This document shows, piece by piece, positions 13,493 through 26,112 of a DNA stretch of 64,000 bases. The notes under the pieces are model-generated. The model was given only the letters and a program-made list of their open reading frames with translations, had not been told where the DNA came from and ran no database searches. The stretch is from assembly GCA_951406725.2 (NCBI GenBank), contig OX597824.1, positions 15,066,001 through 15,130,000 of the forward strand, in the 5' to 3' direction. The translations under genes and the position numbers were made by a program. How positions within the stretch are numbered: the first letter of the stretch is position 1; the number at the start of each line of letters is the position of its first letter. This DNA comes from Octopus vulgaris. Its lineage: Eukaryota.

Positions 13493-14050
13493 TCCGTAAT
13501 AATGAAGGTGAAATTAATTTGGAATAATTATCAATTACACCAGTAGTCTTCGGTGTAATTGATAATTATTCCAAATTAATTAATTTCACCCTTCATTATT
13601 ACGGATAACCAATTTTATCTCAGTAGATGACCACAGCATCATGTTTTGGCTACGCGGTGGGAAGGGCTGGTGACACAATCTTTTCATTCAAACATTGAAT
13701 TTGGTGATACTAGTTGGGATTCTAGCTCGCTCTGATACTGAGTTGAGTTGATGCCTTCATATCTCAAAATTCAATATATAATCATTTATGATTATAGTAT
13801 ACGCTGAAGAGAAAAGAAGTTTTCGGTAAGATAGAATTATTTAACATTTAATTCTTATGCTTTCCTAAAGACTTGATTTCGAAATACGTCCGTAGATAAC
13901 TTAAAATATGATATTGCCGTTAATTCATACCTGTTTGTGTCTGCCTTCCAATTGCTGTTTTACTATCTCCTTTTAGTAGAAGAAATAGCTATAATGACTG
14001 CTATTTCTAAATTCGGTTGGTAAGGCAACTAGTGTAAACCCTTTATTGTT
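13489..14050 (+). mobile_element. PLE-terminal-like insert in (TA)n: 5' fold-back (13489-13541 / 13552-13609) plus HHR
   Basis: Inverted arms, bounded by (TA)n on both sides, with an HHR at 13800-13894. Confidence 0.7.
13800..13894 (+). ncRNA. Hammerhead ribozyme with long stem II
   Basis: TACG-CTGAAGA-[GAAA..AAGT..AGAATTA/TAATTCT..ACTT..TTTC]-GAAA-TACG-TC-CGTA; GUC cleavage triplet. Confidence 0.75.
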
Positions 14051-14051
14051 A

Positions 14052-14111
<60 letters not shown>

Positions 14112-14399
14112 CTACATATAAATAAATGTGTTTTAAAGCCTAGCCAGGCTCATGGGCCCGGTTTCCTGGTTTCCATGGCGTATGTGTTCCCCCGCTGGAC
14201 GGGGCGCCAGTCCATCGCAGCGTTACTCATTTTTGCCAGCTGAGTGGACTGAAGCAACGTGAAATGAACTGTTTTGTAAGTTTGCTTCCCAACAATATGG
14301 TTCTGGGTTCGGTCCCACTGAAAAGACACCTTCAGCAAGTGCCTATTACTATAGCCTCGAGTCAACCAAATCCTTCTGAGTGGATTTGGTAGACGGAAC

Positions 14400-14525
<126 letters not shown>

Positions 14526-14526
14526 C

Positions 14527-14565
<39 letters not shown>

Positions 14566-14566
14566 G

Positions 14567-14870
14567 TGGAGGCACATGGTCTAGTGGTTAGAGCAGCAGA
14601 CTCGCGGTCGAGGGATCGCGGGTTCGAATCTCAGACCGGGACGATGTGTGTGTTTATGAGCGAAACACCTAAGCTCCACACGGCTCCATAAGAAGGTAAT
14701 GGCGAACTTCTGCTGACTCTTTCTCCACAACTTTCTCTCACTCTTTCCTCCTGCATCTTGCAGCTCACCTACGACGGACTGGCGATACGTCCAAGTGGGG
14801 AACCTATACGCCAAGGAAACCGGGAAACCGGCCCTATGAGCCAGACATGGGTTTAGAAGGAACAAACAAT
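14567..14870 (+). mobile_element. tRNA-derived SINE family V (V-SINE-like 3' domain)
   Basis: A/B boxes (tggtctagtgg, gggttcgaatc) and 3' cctacgacggactggcg...gaaaccgggaaaccggccc. Copies at 18322-18628 (-) and 20142-20440 (+). Confidence 0.85.
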
Positions 14871-15269
14871 CTATCTATCTAATATGTAAATGTAAGATCC
14901 AAGGATCCAAGTGTGGGAAGTTAATAAGTTTCGAGCAGCCTGTAGAAGGCATAAAAGCACAACTTGCAGGAATAATAACAGTTTATTGGCGTAGAAGGTT
15001 GTAAATATTCCCCGTATCGAAGTTCGATTAGCTTAAAAAAGTTATTTTATAGTTCGTGGTTTGCAGCTAGGGTTATTGCACATGAATGAAATTCCGAATT
15101 GATTACATATATCTCCTAGCTAGTAGAAACTTGGAAACAATAATTCTCCAGCGAGGGGTACTCCGCTAGCTACCCCACCAGTCCAAAAATACATAGGTGC
15201 AACAGCATATTAATTAATTTATTTACAGTTGAAAAAGTACATGATCTCAGCCTTATATTTGTATACTCT

Positions 15270-15462
15270 TTACTCTTTTACTCTCTTACTTGTTTCAGTC
15301 ATTTGACTGTGGCCATGCTGGAGCACCGCCTTGAGTCGAGCAAATCGACCCCAGGACTTATTCTTCGTAAGCTTAGTACTTACTCTATCGGTCTCTTTTT
15401 CCGAAACGCTAAGTTACAGGGACGTAAACTCTGGGGGAGGGGGGACAGACACACAAACATAT

Positions 15463-15513
<51 letters not shown>

Positions 15514-15678
15514 TATATACGACGGGCTTCTTTCAGTTTCCGTTTACCAAATCCATTCACAAGGCTTTGGTCGGCCCGATGCTATAGTAGAAGACACTTG
15601 CCGAAGGTGCCATGCAGTGGGACTGAACCCGGAACCATGTGGTTGGTAAGCAAGCTACTTACTACACAGCCACTCCTA
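15270..15678 (-). mobile_element. SINE family A (head-to-head with the 15692 copy)
   Basis: Reverse-complement family A. Confidence 0.9.
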
Positions 15679-15691
15679 CATGTATATATAT

Positions 15692-15854
15692 AGGCGCAAT
15701 GGCGGGTGTGTGGTAAGAAGCTTGCTGCCCAACCACATGGTTCCGGGTTCAATCTCACTGCTTGACACCTTGGGCAAGTGTCTTCTACTATAACCTCGGG
15801 CTGATCGAAGCCTTGTTAGTGGATTTGACAGACGGAAACTGAAAGACGCCTGTC

Positions 15855-15916
<62 letters not shown>

Positions 15917-16730
15917 ATATAACTTAGCGGTTCGACAAAGGGGAACAATAGAATAAGTCTAGCAGTCGATTTCTCCGACTAAAAACCGGTGCTCCACCAT
16001 GGCCACAGTCAAGTGACTGAAACAAGTAGAAAAGAATATACATACATGCATGCACACACACACATATATTTGCATATGTACACACAAACATAAACACACA
16101 CACACACGCACACACATATATATATATACACGGGGGTGGGGTGCGTGTGTGTGTCTGTCTGTTCACCAACAACGCTTGATAACCGGTGTTTGTGCGTTAA
16201 GATCTTTCGTAACTTAGCGGTTCGGCCAAACACATCGACAGAATAGGTGGCACTCTCTAAAAAATAACTCCTGGGGTCGAGATTTGCTCGACTAAAGGCG
16301 GTGCTCCAGCATGGCCACAGTGAAAATGACTGAAACGGCTGTGTGGTAAGTAGCTTGCTAACCAACCACATGGTTCCGGGTTCAGTCACACTGCGTGGCA
16401 CCTTGTGCAAGTGTCTTCTACTTTAGCCCCGGGCTGACCAATGCCTTGTGAGTGGATTTGGTAGACGGAAACTGAAAGAAGCCTGTCGTATATATGTATA
16501 TATATATATGCGTGTGTGTGTTTGTTTGTCTGTGTTTGTCCCCCTAGCATTGCTTGACAACCGATGCTGGTTTGTTTACGTCACCGTCACCGAGCAGTTC
16601 GGCAAAAGAGACCGATAGAATAAGTACTGGGCTTACAAAGAATAAGTCCCGGGGTCGAGTTGCTCGACTAAAGGCGGTGCTCCAGCATGGCCGCAGTCAA
16701 ATGACTGAAACAAGTAAAAGAGTAAAAGAG
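15692..16730 (+). mobile_element. Tandem/nested SINE family A copies
   Basis: Heads at 15692 and 16337; tails near 16030, 16335 and 16730. Confidence 0.85.
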
Positions 16731-16763
16731 TATGTATATCCCTCTCTTTTTCTCTTTTTCTTT

Positions 16764-16819
<56 letters not shown>

Positions 16820-17196
16820 AAGTGAGAGAGAGGGGTAGAGAAAAAGGAAGAGAAGGATACATATACATACACATTTAAAGACGCGTGTATGCATTTATTA
16901 TGATAAAAACGTACCAAGGGAGGTTACTTATATTACCATTATCAAGTTACCTCCCATGGTTTAAAAACCCAACAACTGCACCGCTGACAGGTTAAACCAT
17001 AAAACCATATAAAAACGTTAAAATTTCGAACAACTGAAACGCAGGCGGACCCAGAATTTACTATCCCAGTGAAATCGGATAATATCTGTTAAAAGCGTGT
17101 AAATTATTAATTTTGCTTACAATTTTATGATTTTTTAAATAGTTTTCTTTTCAAGCCTGTTGAATGAAACCCACTTGTCTGTCCACAACAGATTTT

Positions 17197-17614
17197 GGAT
17201 CTTTTCGGTTTGAACGGCAGTTTTTTTCTAGCGGTGTCATATGAAAATGTCACCCATAATTATGACCCTAGTAACGATCTATTGCATTTCAATCTGTTTT
17301 AGGGTTAGGGGTGGAGGGAAGGGTATCTTTTTTTTCTTCACAAATGTAAATAAACCCAATCTGTTTCTTAAACGAGGGACATATTCATACGGCACAGAAT
17401 GTTTTTTTTACCTCAATAGACGTCAGTTGATTGGTTGAAATTGCAGAAATTGAAGAAAAGAAACAACAAATATCTTACAAACTATAGAATTTTCTCAATA
17501 AAGCCAAGAGAAAAAGATGTTTTATAAACACATTCTACCAGTATACGAAGTTTAAAAGTGTTTAGTTACGTGGAAATTATTAAAAAAAAACTGCCGTTCA
17601 AACCGAAAAGATCC
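17197..17614. mobile_element. MITE with about 30-bp TIRs and 8-bp TSD (Merlin-like termini)
   Basis: ggatcttttcggtttgaacggcagttttt ... aaaaactgccgttcaaaccgaaaagatcc; flanks cagatttt / cagctttt; GG..CC ends. Confidence 0.85.
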
Positions 17615-17624
17615 CAGCTTTTTT

Positions 17625-17815
17625 TCAATTTGGATGTTATCATTTTTTTCTACCTCCATCCCACAGGATGGAGCAATAATTTAGCTGAACTCAAAGAGCG
17701 CATTCAGTTATCAGTGCAGGAGATAATTCCTGAAACGGTTTAAAATGTGTTTTGCAACGCTAAGCATAGATTTGAAATTTGCAGGGGCGCAGACAGAACA
17801 TATATTGAAATTTTT
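17625..17815 (+). pseudogene. Highly decayed Tc1/mariner transposase C-terminus
   Basis: NNLAELKERIQLSVQEIIPETV*NVFCNAKHRFEICRGA resembles the end of the copy at 25660-25830. Confidence 0.45.
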
Positions 17816-17837
17816 CAATAAAGTTTTAACGTAAGAT

Positions 17838-18105
17838 TTACGGAGATGTACTTGCAAAGCAAGTGACCTGATCTGACCTGATCGTGTGCTGAAGCAAAAA
17901 CATTGCAGCATGGAAGGTATTTATAAGCCATTTAAAAACACACAAAAATCGTTAGAGTCACTTCATCATTTAAATTTAATTCGTCAGTGAACAGGTTGCG
18001 GTCTCAAAGCGAAGAAAATATTTTGGCAAATTAAAATTGAAGTGAATCTAACGGTTTTTGTATATTTTTAAGTGGCTTGTAAACATCATCCTGACTGCGA
18101 TTGTT
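17838..18105. mobile_element. Fold-back insert (family of 621-844) with central HHR-like motif
   Basis: Arms about 17900-17986 and 18024-18105 are imperfect inverted repeats. Confidence 0.7.
17983..18027 (+). ncRNA. Hammerhead-like motif with G3-C8 covariant core (GUGAACA), partly decayed
   Basis: GTCA-GTGAACA-G-GTTGC..GCGAA-GAAA-ATAT-TT-TGGC; palindromic stem III AATATT. Confidence 0.5.
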
Positions 18106-18321
18106 TAGCGTAAGATTTATAAATCTATATTTTTTTTAATCATAAGCTGAAATTCTGTAAAGAAAAATTGTCAGTTTTTTTTTTAATTTGCCCAATTTCA
18201 TTTAAATAAATAATTATTTCTGGGACCATCTTTACTGTACTGGACCAGTAATTCGGTAAACTTGGAATCGGAAGTGTTGCGGATTTCTGGATTTTCCAGT
18301 TTTCTGGTAGTAATCTAAATT

Positions 18322-18628
18322 GTTGTTTGTTCCTTCTCGATCCACGCCTTGCTCATAGGGCCAGTTTCCTGGTTTCCTTGGCGTATAGGTTCCCTATCTG
18401 GACGGGACGCCGGTCCGTCGCAGGTGAGCTGCAAGATGCAGGAGGAAAGAGTGAGAGAAAGTTGTGGCGAAAGAGTCAGCAGAAGTTCGACATTACCTTC
18501 TGCCGGAGTCGCGTGGAGCTTAGGTGTTTCGCTCATAAACACACACACATCGCCCGGTCTGAGATTCGAAACCGCGATCGTTCGACCGCGAGTCCGCTGC
18601 TCTAACCACTAGGCCATGTGCTTCCACA
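18322..18628 (-). mobile_element. SINE family V
   Basis: Reverse complement of 14567-14870. Confidence 0.9.
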
Positions 18629-18781
18629 CTAATCTAAATATGTACTTAAAATCTAAAGTAAGCTATAATTCAAAGCAGGGTCTGAAAATATTTATTAATC
18701 CTGTGCCATGTATACAGAATGCATATACAATGAAAATTAAATGAAGGACAATAAGGGAACATAATTTTATTTCATAGTACA

Positions 18782-19115
18782 AATGGCTCAGTGGTTAATG
18801 CATCGGGCTCACAATCACGAAGTAGTGAGTTCGATTCCCGGACCGCGCTGTGTGCTGTAATCTCGAACAAGGCACTTTATTTCACGTTGCTCCAGTTCTC
18901 TCAGCTGTAGAAATGAGTTGCAGCATCACTGGTGCCAAGCTGTATCGGCCCCTTTGCCATTCCCTTGGATAACATCTGCGGTGTGGAGAGGAGAGGCCGG
19001 TATGCATGGGCAACTGCTGGTCTTCCATAAACAACCTTGCCCGTACTTGTGGCTCGGAGGGTAACTTTCTAGATGCAATCCCATGGTCATTCATGACCGA
19101 AGGGGATCTTTACCC
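18782..19115 (+). mobile_element. tRNA-derived SINE family C
   Basis: Head tggctcagtggtta...gagttcgattccc and body caaggcactttatttcacgttgctccag; partial minus copy at 61945-62128. Confidence 0.8.
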
Positions 19116-19354
19116 TTTTAAAAATTAATACAATTCTGAAGCAGAGCCTGTTTAATTTTTATCAATCTACATACAAATGTAAAGGACAAAACTATTTTAA
19201 ACACATCGTATACAAATTAACCCGCTTCAAAAACAGCGTCTGTTTACTCAATGCAGGGCAGGTCCATTCCCAGACTTTGGTGCCTAGTGGTGCTTAAGGA
19301 TATTCTGGGTGGGCTATAATTTGTATTCTCTTATTATTTTTCTTGATTCACTCA

Positions 19355-19498
19355 TTTCACTGTGGTCATGCTGGAGCACCGCTCTAAAGGATTTTAGCCG
19401 AAGAAGTCGATCCCAGGACTTATTCTTTGGAGGCTTGGTACCAATTCTGTCCGTCTCTCTTTACAGAACCGCTAAGTTACGGGAGGCATAAGCACACA

Positions 19499-19542
<44 letters not shown>

Positions 19543-19712
19543 CACACAGCGACGGGCTTCTTTCAGTTTCCGTCTACCAAATCCACTCACAAGGCTTTGG
19601 TCGACCCGAGGCTATAGCAGAAGACACTTGCCCAAGTTGCCACGCAGTGGGACTGAACCCGGAACCATGTGGCTGGTAAGCAAGCTACTTACCACATAGC
19701 ATCTCCTGCGCC
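19355..19712 (-). mobile_element. SINE family A
   Basis: Reverse-complement family A. Confidence 0.85.
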
Positions 19713-19792
19713 TAAACATGAACATATAATATGTGAGTGTGTGTAGATGACACTCTGTTTGTGTGTTGCTACGTATGAGGGCGTTTGTGCAT

Positions 19793-19864
<72 letters not shown>

Positions 19865-20016
19865 GAGAGTGCGCGTGCGAACCTGAGTGTATGTATGTTA
19901 GAGAACGTATCTTCGTAACTTTTAGCGTGTATAAGTGTTTGTACGCATGCATGTCTACGAGTGTTTGTGGGTGTGCATACGCATGTGTGTGTCTGCGCGC
20001 GCGTGTGCGTGTGTGT

Positions 20017-20063
<47 letters not shown>

Positions 20064-20141
20064 CGAACAGAAGTAGGTGGCAGCACCATCGCCAATGATA
20101 ATAATAACGAAAGCGATAACATCAGCTACACACGATAGCGC

Positions 20142-20440
20142 AGTGAAGGCACATGGCCTAGTGGTTAGAGTAGCGGACTCTCGGTCGAGGGATCGTTGGT
20201 TCGCATCTCAGACCGGGAGATGTGTGTGTTTATGAACGAAACACCTAAGCTCCAAGCGGCTCCGGCAGAAGGTAATGGCGAACTTCTGCTGACTCTTTGA
20301 CCACAACTTTCTCTCACTCTTTCCTCCTGCATCTTGCAGCTCACCTGCGACGGACCGGCGTCCCGTCCAGGTGGGGAACCTATACGCCAAGGAAACCGGG
20401 AAACCGGCCCTAATGAGCCAGGCATGGCTCGAGAAGGAAC
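20142..20440 (+). mobile_element. SINE family V inserted into a PLE remnant
   Basis: TSD gatagcgc at 20134-20141 and 20444-20451. Confidence 0.9.
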
Positions 20441-20443
20441 TAT

Positions 20444-21310
20444 GATAGCGCCGATAACATCTCCAATAACACCAACGACAATGGCTATAACACCATCAAC
20501 AGCGCCAGCAACAACACCATCACCGATGATGTCCTCTACGCCAGCATTAATGGTACCGACGCCAGCACCAACACCAACGCCAGCACCAACACCAACGCCA
20601 GCACCAACACCAACGCCAGCATTAATGGTACCGACGCCAGCACACACCAACGACAGCTTTAACATTGCCAACACCAACATCAACACTAACACCAACAACA
20701 CCAGCACCACCAACAGCGGACGCAGCAGCATCAACATCAACAGAAATAGCATCGCCAACACCCACACACGATGATACATCGGATGTTCGGGAGACACGTT
20801 CAAGCAACGCTTCTACAGACACAGATCCTCTTTCAGGATCCCAGGGAGGAGACACGCAGTGTGCTTAGCTTGTCATGTATGGCGGTTGAAAGACAACGAA
20901 ACTCCACGCGTAATATCGTGGAAGATTCTAGAAAATCCAGGCCCCTACATCAATGGGACCAAGCGTTGTAAACTGTGCATAACCGAACGGACGAGACTAT
21001 CAAAGGAATCCCTCGACGCGGGGAACATCCTTAACGCCAGAACGGAAGTCGTCGGACCCTGCTTGCACTTCAGGAAATTCCTGCTGGCGTCCTGGGATCC
21101 ACCAACTAACAGGGTCAATTACGGATAGCAGTCAATGAGTAACAATCCTCTTGTTGTTGACATATAGTAACGAATTTTTTTCCTCCTCTATTTTCTAGAG
21201 AGGCCACTTGCTAGAGAAGCCGTAGGCCAACGAGTTTAAGGTCTGAACAAACGCTGTGAAGCTTAGTGTTTTATGGACGCGAGATCCAGGGTATCCCATA
21301 GACCGGCCCC
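20444..21310 (+). pseudogene. Penelope-like element 3' remnant: T/P/N-rich linker + GIY-YIG endonuclease C-half + 3' UTR
   Basis: From 20775: YIGCSGDTFKQRFYRHRSSF...CLACHVWRLKD...SWKILE...YINGTKRCKLCITER...LNARTEVVGPCLHFRKFLL, stop at 21128; ends at (ATCT)n. Confidence 0.85.
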
Positions 21311-21382
<72 letters not shown>

Positions 21383-21473
21383 GTCTGTCCGTCTGTTCGT
21401 CCGTCTGTTCGTCCGTCCGTCCGTCCGTCTGTGTGTCTGTGTGTGTGTCTGTCTCTGCCTATTTGTCTGTCTG

Positions 21474-21566
<93 letters not shown>

Positions 21567-21684
21567 ATGTGTGTGCGTGTGTGTATGCATGTTCATGCAT
21601 GCATACTGCATATATGAAACCAGAGTATATATATATATAAATATTTATATTTCGCTCTATACATACACCTACACATGTTCATTC

Positions 21685-21729
<45 letters not shown>

Positions 21730-21795
21730 ATAGAAATGGCAAGACAAAAGAATGAAAGAGACCTCGATATTATGCAAACAGAGGAATTTATCTGT

Positions 21796-21980
21796 AAATA
21801 TGTGACAATTATTCGATAGCCATGATAATACTCTGAGTTTCGGATGTCAGGGCGGAAACCCACATCACCATGTCTTCAGTAATGGTCCGATAACTGAAGA
21901 GATGCCGGCGTGGGTTTCCGCCCCTATATCCGAAACTCGCAGTTTTATCTGGCTACCGAATAGTTGTCACATTTTATATT
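21796..21980. mobile_element. Fold-back insert carrying two divergent HHRs
   Basis: Arms 21796-21880 and 21893-21980 are diverged inverted repeats between microsatellites. Confidence 0.8.
21889..21949 (+). ncRNA. Hammerhead ribozyme (inverted twin at 21824-21884, minus strand)
   Basis: GATAA-CTGAAGA-[GATG..GGCG/CGCC..TATCC]-GAAA-CTCGCAG-TT-TTATC; the twin reads CTGAAGA...GAAA-CTCAGAG-TA-TTATC. Confidence 0.7.
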
Positions 21981-21990
21981 TACACACACG

Positions 21991-22079
<89 letters not shown>

Positions 22080-22218
22080 GTCTGTGTGTGTGTGTGTATT
22101 TACATAGACATATACATATATATATGTATGTATGTATATATATATATATATATATGTATGTATAAATTTTATATATATATTGGTAAGTATGTATGTGTGC
22201 GTGTGTGTATATATACAT

Positions 22219-22295
<77 letters not shown>

Positions 22296-22297
<2 letters not shown>

Positions 22298-22519
22298 CAA
22301 TTAAGGGTAGAAATTGATATTTATCAATTAAAACCAGTGGTCTAGCATATTAAAAAAGAATCCGAAGATTAAAATATTTATATATACCAATTAAGGACTG
22401 AACACGAAAAGTGGACAGTCAACATGCTAGACATTCTCTTTGTGGGGAATGGCGATTTGACGTCTATATCTAGCATGTTGACTGTCCACTTTTCGTGTTC
22501 AGTCCTTAATTGGTATATA
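22296..22519. mobile_element. Fold-back insert in (TA)n (arms 22381-22431 and 22469-22519)
   Basis: Perfect inverted repeat of about 50 bp, flanked by (TA)n. Confidence 0.7.
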
Positions 22520-22551
22520 TATATATATATATATATATACATACATACATA

Positions 22552-22626
<75 letters not shown>

Positions 22627-22651
22627 GTGTGTATATATATATATGTATATA

Positions 22652-22690
<39 letters not shown>

Positions 22691-22693
22691 ATA

Positions 22694-22800
<107 letters not shown>

Positions 22801-23070
22801 ATATATATATGTATATATATATGAATGCATGTGTATTATAAATGTCAGTGGATGATGAATACAGAGCACATGCATTACTTACGGTGAGTTGTTGCGAAAT
22901 ATTATATAAGCAAAACTCCTCAAGCAACGACAACAAAAAAAAGCAAGCAATAACAAGAAGAACAACAACAAAAACGAAAAAAAGAAAGAACAAGCAGAGT
23001 AACAACAATAATAACAAATTACTTTTCTGAGGGAGAGAGAGAGAGTGAAAGAGTGAAAGAGAGGGACAGG

Positions 23071-23138
<68 letters not shown>

Positions 23139-23271
23139 GAGAGAGAGAGAGAGAGAAGTGGGAAATATTAGGAAGAAAATATTATTGAAATAAAGGCAAG
23201 AGATGAAAACGAAGGAGAGAGATTACGAGTAGGACAGATTTGTGTGAGATAGAGAGATAGAGAGCTAATAG

Positions 23272-23318
<47 letters not shown>

Positions 23319-23533
23319 GAAAGAGAGAGAGTGTGTGCGTCAGCGAGAGAGATAGGAAGCAGAATTTATTGGTGCCTCACTAATATGCATATGGAATCGC
23401 CGTCTATTATTAAGCATGTTTAGCAAACATTACAGAACATATTCAGCTAGATCGAGCAAATGAAAGAAATATTGGAATTTCGCTTGCTATTTTTTTTAAA
23501 CATTACATATATATATATATGCATATATATATA

Positions 23534-23595
<62 letters not shown>

Positions 23596-23781
23596 TATAT
23601 AAATATATATATATATATATGCATATATAAATATATATATATATATGTATATATATGTATGTATATATATATATATATATATAGTTATATATATGTGTGT
23701 GTATATACACGACCCATTCCTCTCAATTGCTTCTTCGCCCTTCTTCTTGCTACAGCTCTATCTTGTATACTGTGTTATAAA

Positions 23782-23795
23782 ATAATGATGATAAT

Positions 23796-23842
<47 letters not shown>

Positions 23843-23871
23843 TAATAATAATAATAATAATGATAATAATG

Positions 23872-23965
<94 letters not shown>

Positions 23966-24003
23966 TAATAATAATAATAATAATAGCAATAATAATAATA
24001 ATG

Positions 24004-24067
<64 letters not shown>

Positions 24068-24080
24068 TGATGATGATAAT
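23782..24080. repeat. (AAT)n microsatellite
   Basis: Long imperfect aat run. Confidence 0.95.
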
Positions 24081-24458
24081 GGTTTATTTTATTTTTATTT
24101 TGATATGTTTTATTTTTACGTTTAATTTCCTCGCTCATGATTCTCCATTCCCGATCGACAGCTTTGCTATCTTCAAGGTTTCCTGTTGTTGCTGTTGTTG
24201 CTGTTATTATTATTATCATCATCATCATCATCATAATCATCGTCGTCGTCGCCGTCGTCATCATCGTCGTCGTCGTCGTCGTCGAAATCCACATCATCAC
24301 CAGCAACCTGGAAACCCACCGCAACATTGTAACCCACTCGATACACAGAAATAATGATGAAGATATGAAACAATAAAATAACTGGTTAACCATGCAGCAT
24401 AGCAGCATACAAATCAGATGTGGTGTTGAGTCACGTGTTATTTAATTCGCAAGCCTTG

Positions 24459-24532
<74 letters not shown>

Positions 24533-24827
24533 CACACTTTCATACGCACAACAAGGTCTTTACCTGCATGATTACTCACTTAAAAGGTTGATGCATTGCT
24601 TGATGTTTCTCAGTTAAATGAAATTTACTCCTATGTTTGAGAAAATAAACAAAAACCTTGCGGAGAATGTCAGCGATTTTCGAAAGCAAAATGGCTGCCA
24701 CAAGCAGAAACGACTTTGTTTCGAACAGGTGTGAAGTCTGAGGATGGCTTCTTTCTTCCCGCTCTCTAGTAACGAAGGCTTTATCATAGGCGCTGCTCTT
24801 TTTCCCTATAACTAAGTGACTGAAAGA

Positions 24828-25410
24828 CGGTGAGCTGGCAGAATCGTTAGCACACCGGACGAAATGCTTAGCGGAATTTCGTCTGCCGCTACGTTCTGAG
24901 TTCAAATTCCGCCGAGGTCGACTTTGCCTTTCATCCTTTCGGGGTCGATAAATTAAGTACCGGTTTCGCACTGGGGTTGATGTAATCGACTTAATCCGTT
25001 TGTCTGCCTTTGTTTGTCCTCTCTGCGTTTAGCCTCTTGTGGGTAGTAAAGAAATAGGTATTTCGTCGGTCTTTATGTTCTGAGTTCAAATTCCGCCGAG
25101 GTCGACTTTGCCTTTCATCCTTTCGGGGTCGATAAATTAAGTACCAATTACGCACTGGGGTCGATGTAATCGATTTAATCCCTTTGTCTGCCCCTGTTTG
25201 TCCCCTCTATTTTTAGCACCTTTATGTTTAGCAATAAAAAAAATATGAATCATTAGCACGCCGGGCAAATTGCGTAGCGGTATTTCGTCGGTCTTTATGT
25301 TCTGAGTTCAAATTCCACCGAGGTCGGCTTTGCTTTTCATCCTTTCGAGGTCGATAAAATAAGTACCACTTGAATACTGGCGGGGGTGGGGTCGATGTAA
25401 TCGACTTAAT
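24828..25410 (+). mobile_element. Three tandem SINE family B units
   Basis: The core gttctgagttcaaattcc..gaggtcg recurs near 24893, 25077 and 25298. Confidence 0.9.
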
Positions 25411-25526
25411 TATTCTTGGATATAAGTATAAAAACCGTATCCTTTTGCCAGGCCGTGTCAAGCCAGTGTGGCAGAGTAGGCTCATCAAACAAGTATAATC
25501 TCAAGTTCAAATTTACGGCCTCCACA

Positions 25527-26112
25527 TACAGGGTGACTCCAAACAGAAAAAAAAAATCAACCCATAAAAATTTTATTAAATCCTACAAAAGTCCAGCAAA
25601 TTTCTGGAAATTTACTGGACTTCGGTCTGTGTACGATCATTTCCTTTGCATAAAAGTTATGTTCTTTTCAAAATATGCTCCAAATGGCTTTCGCGGCTTT
25701 AGAGGCACAATTGCATACATCGCGCAAAATTGTCAATTATTCGAACACATTTCTCTTTGGGGACTTCCCTGATTTCTGCTGTGATTTCTGCCTTTAGTTC
25801 ACCAATCGTTTGAGGGTTATTCTGGTAAACATCCTTGAGATACCTCCACAGATAAATATCCGGTGGGGTTCAAGTCCGGTGAATGCGGTGCCCACTCAAC
25901 ATCACACTTCCTGCTGATTACTCTCTCCTGAAATCGTTCTCTCAGCCAGGCTAGGGAGTCATTTGATGTGTGGAGGGCGGCCCTGTCTTGCTGGAACCAC
26001 CGTTCATCTCCATCTATCCCTCTGCGTCGTTCCAGGGATGCCCAAAACTTCCTCAGCACTGCCACATAGCGCTACGTATTTGTGGGTTCTGTTTTCTATA
26101 TTGGGGTAACAC
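25527..26112 (-). pseudogene. Tc1/mariner-superfamily transposase 3' half with terminal repeat
   Basis: RYVAVLRKFW...WFQQDRAALHTS...WLRERFQERVISR...WAPHSPDLNP/DIYLWRYLKDVYQNNPQTI; terminus TA-CAGGGTG at 25527. Confidence 0.85.

Noticed and set aside
17298-17311. ttagggttaggg telomere-like motif
   Set aside because: Only two units, internal to a MITE.
21205-21242. Possible hammerhead after the PLE ORF (CTTG-CTAGAGA-A-GCC-gta-GGC-CAA-CGAG-TT-TAAG)
   Set aside because: The position fits, but both core strands are mutated, so it is too degenerate to call.
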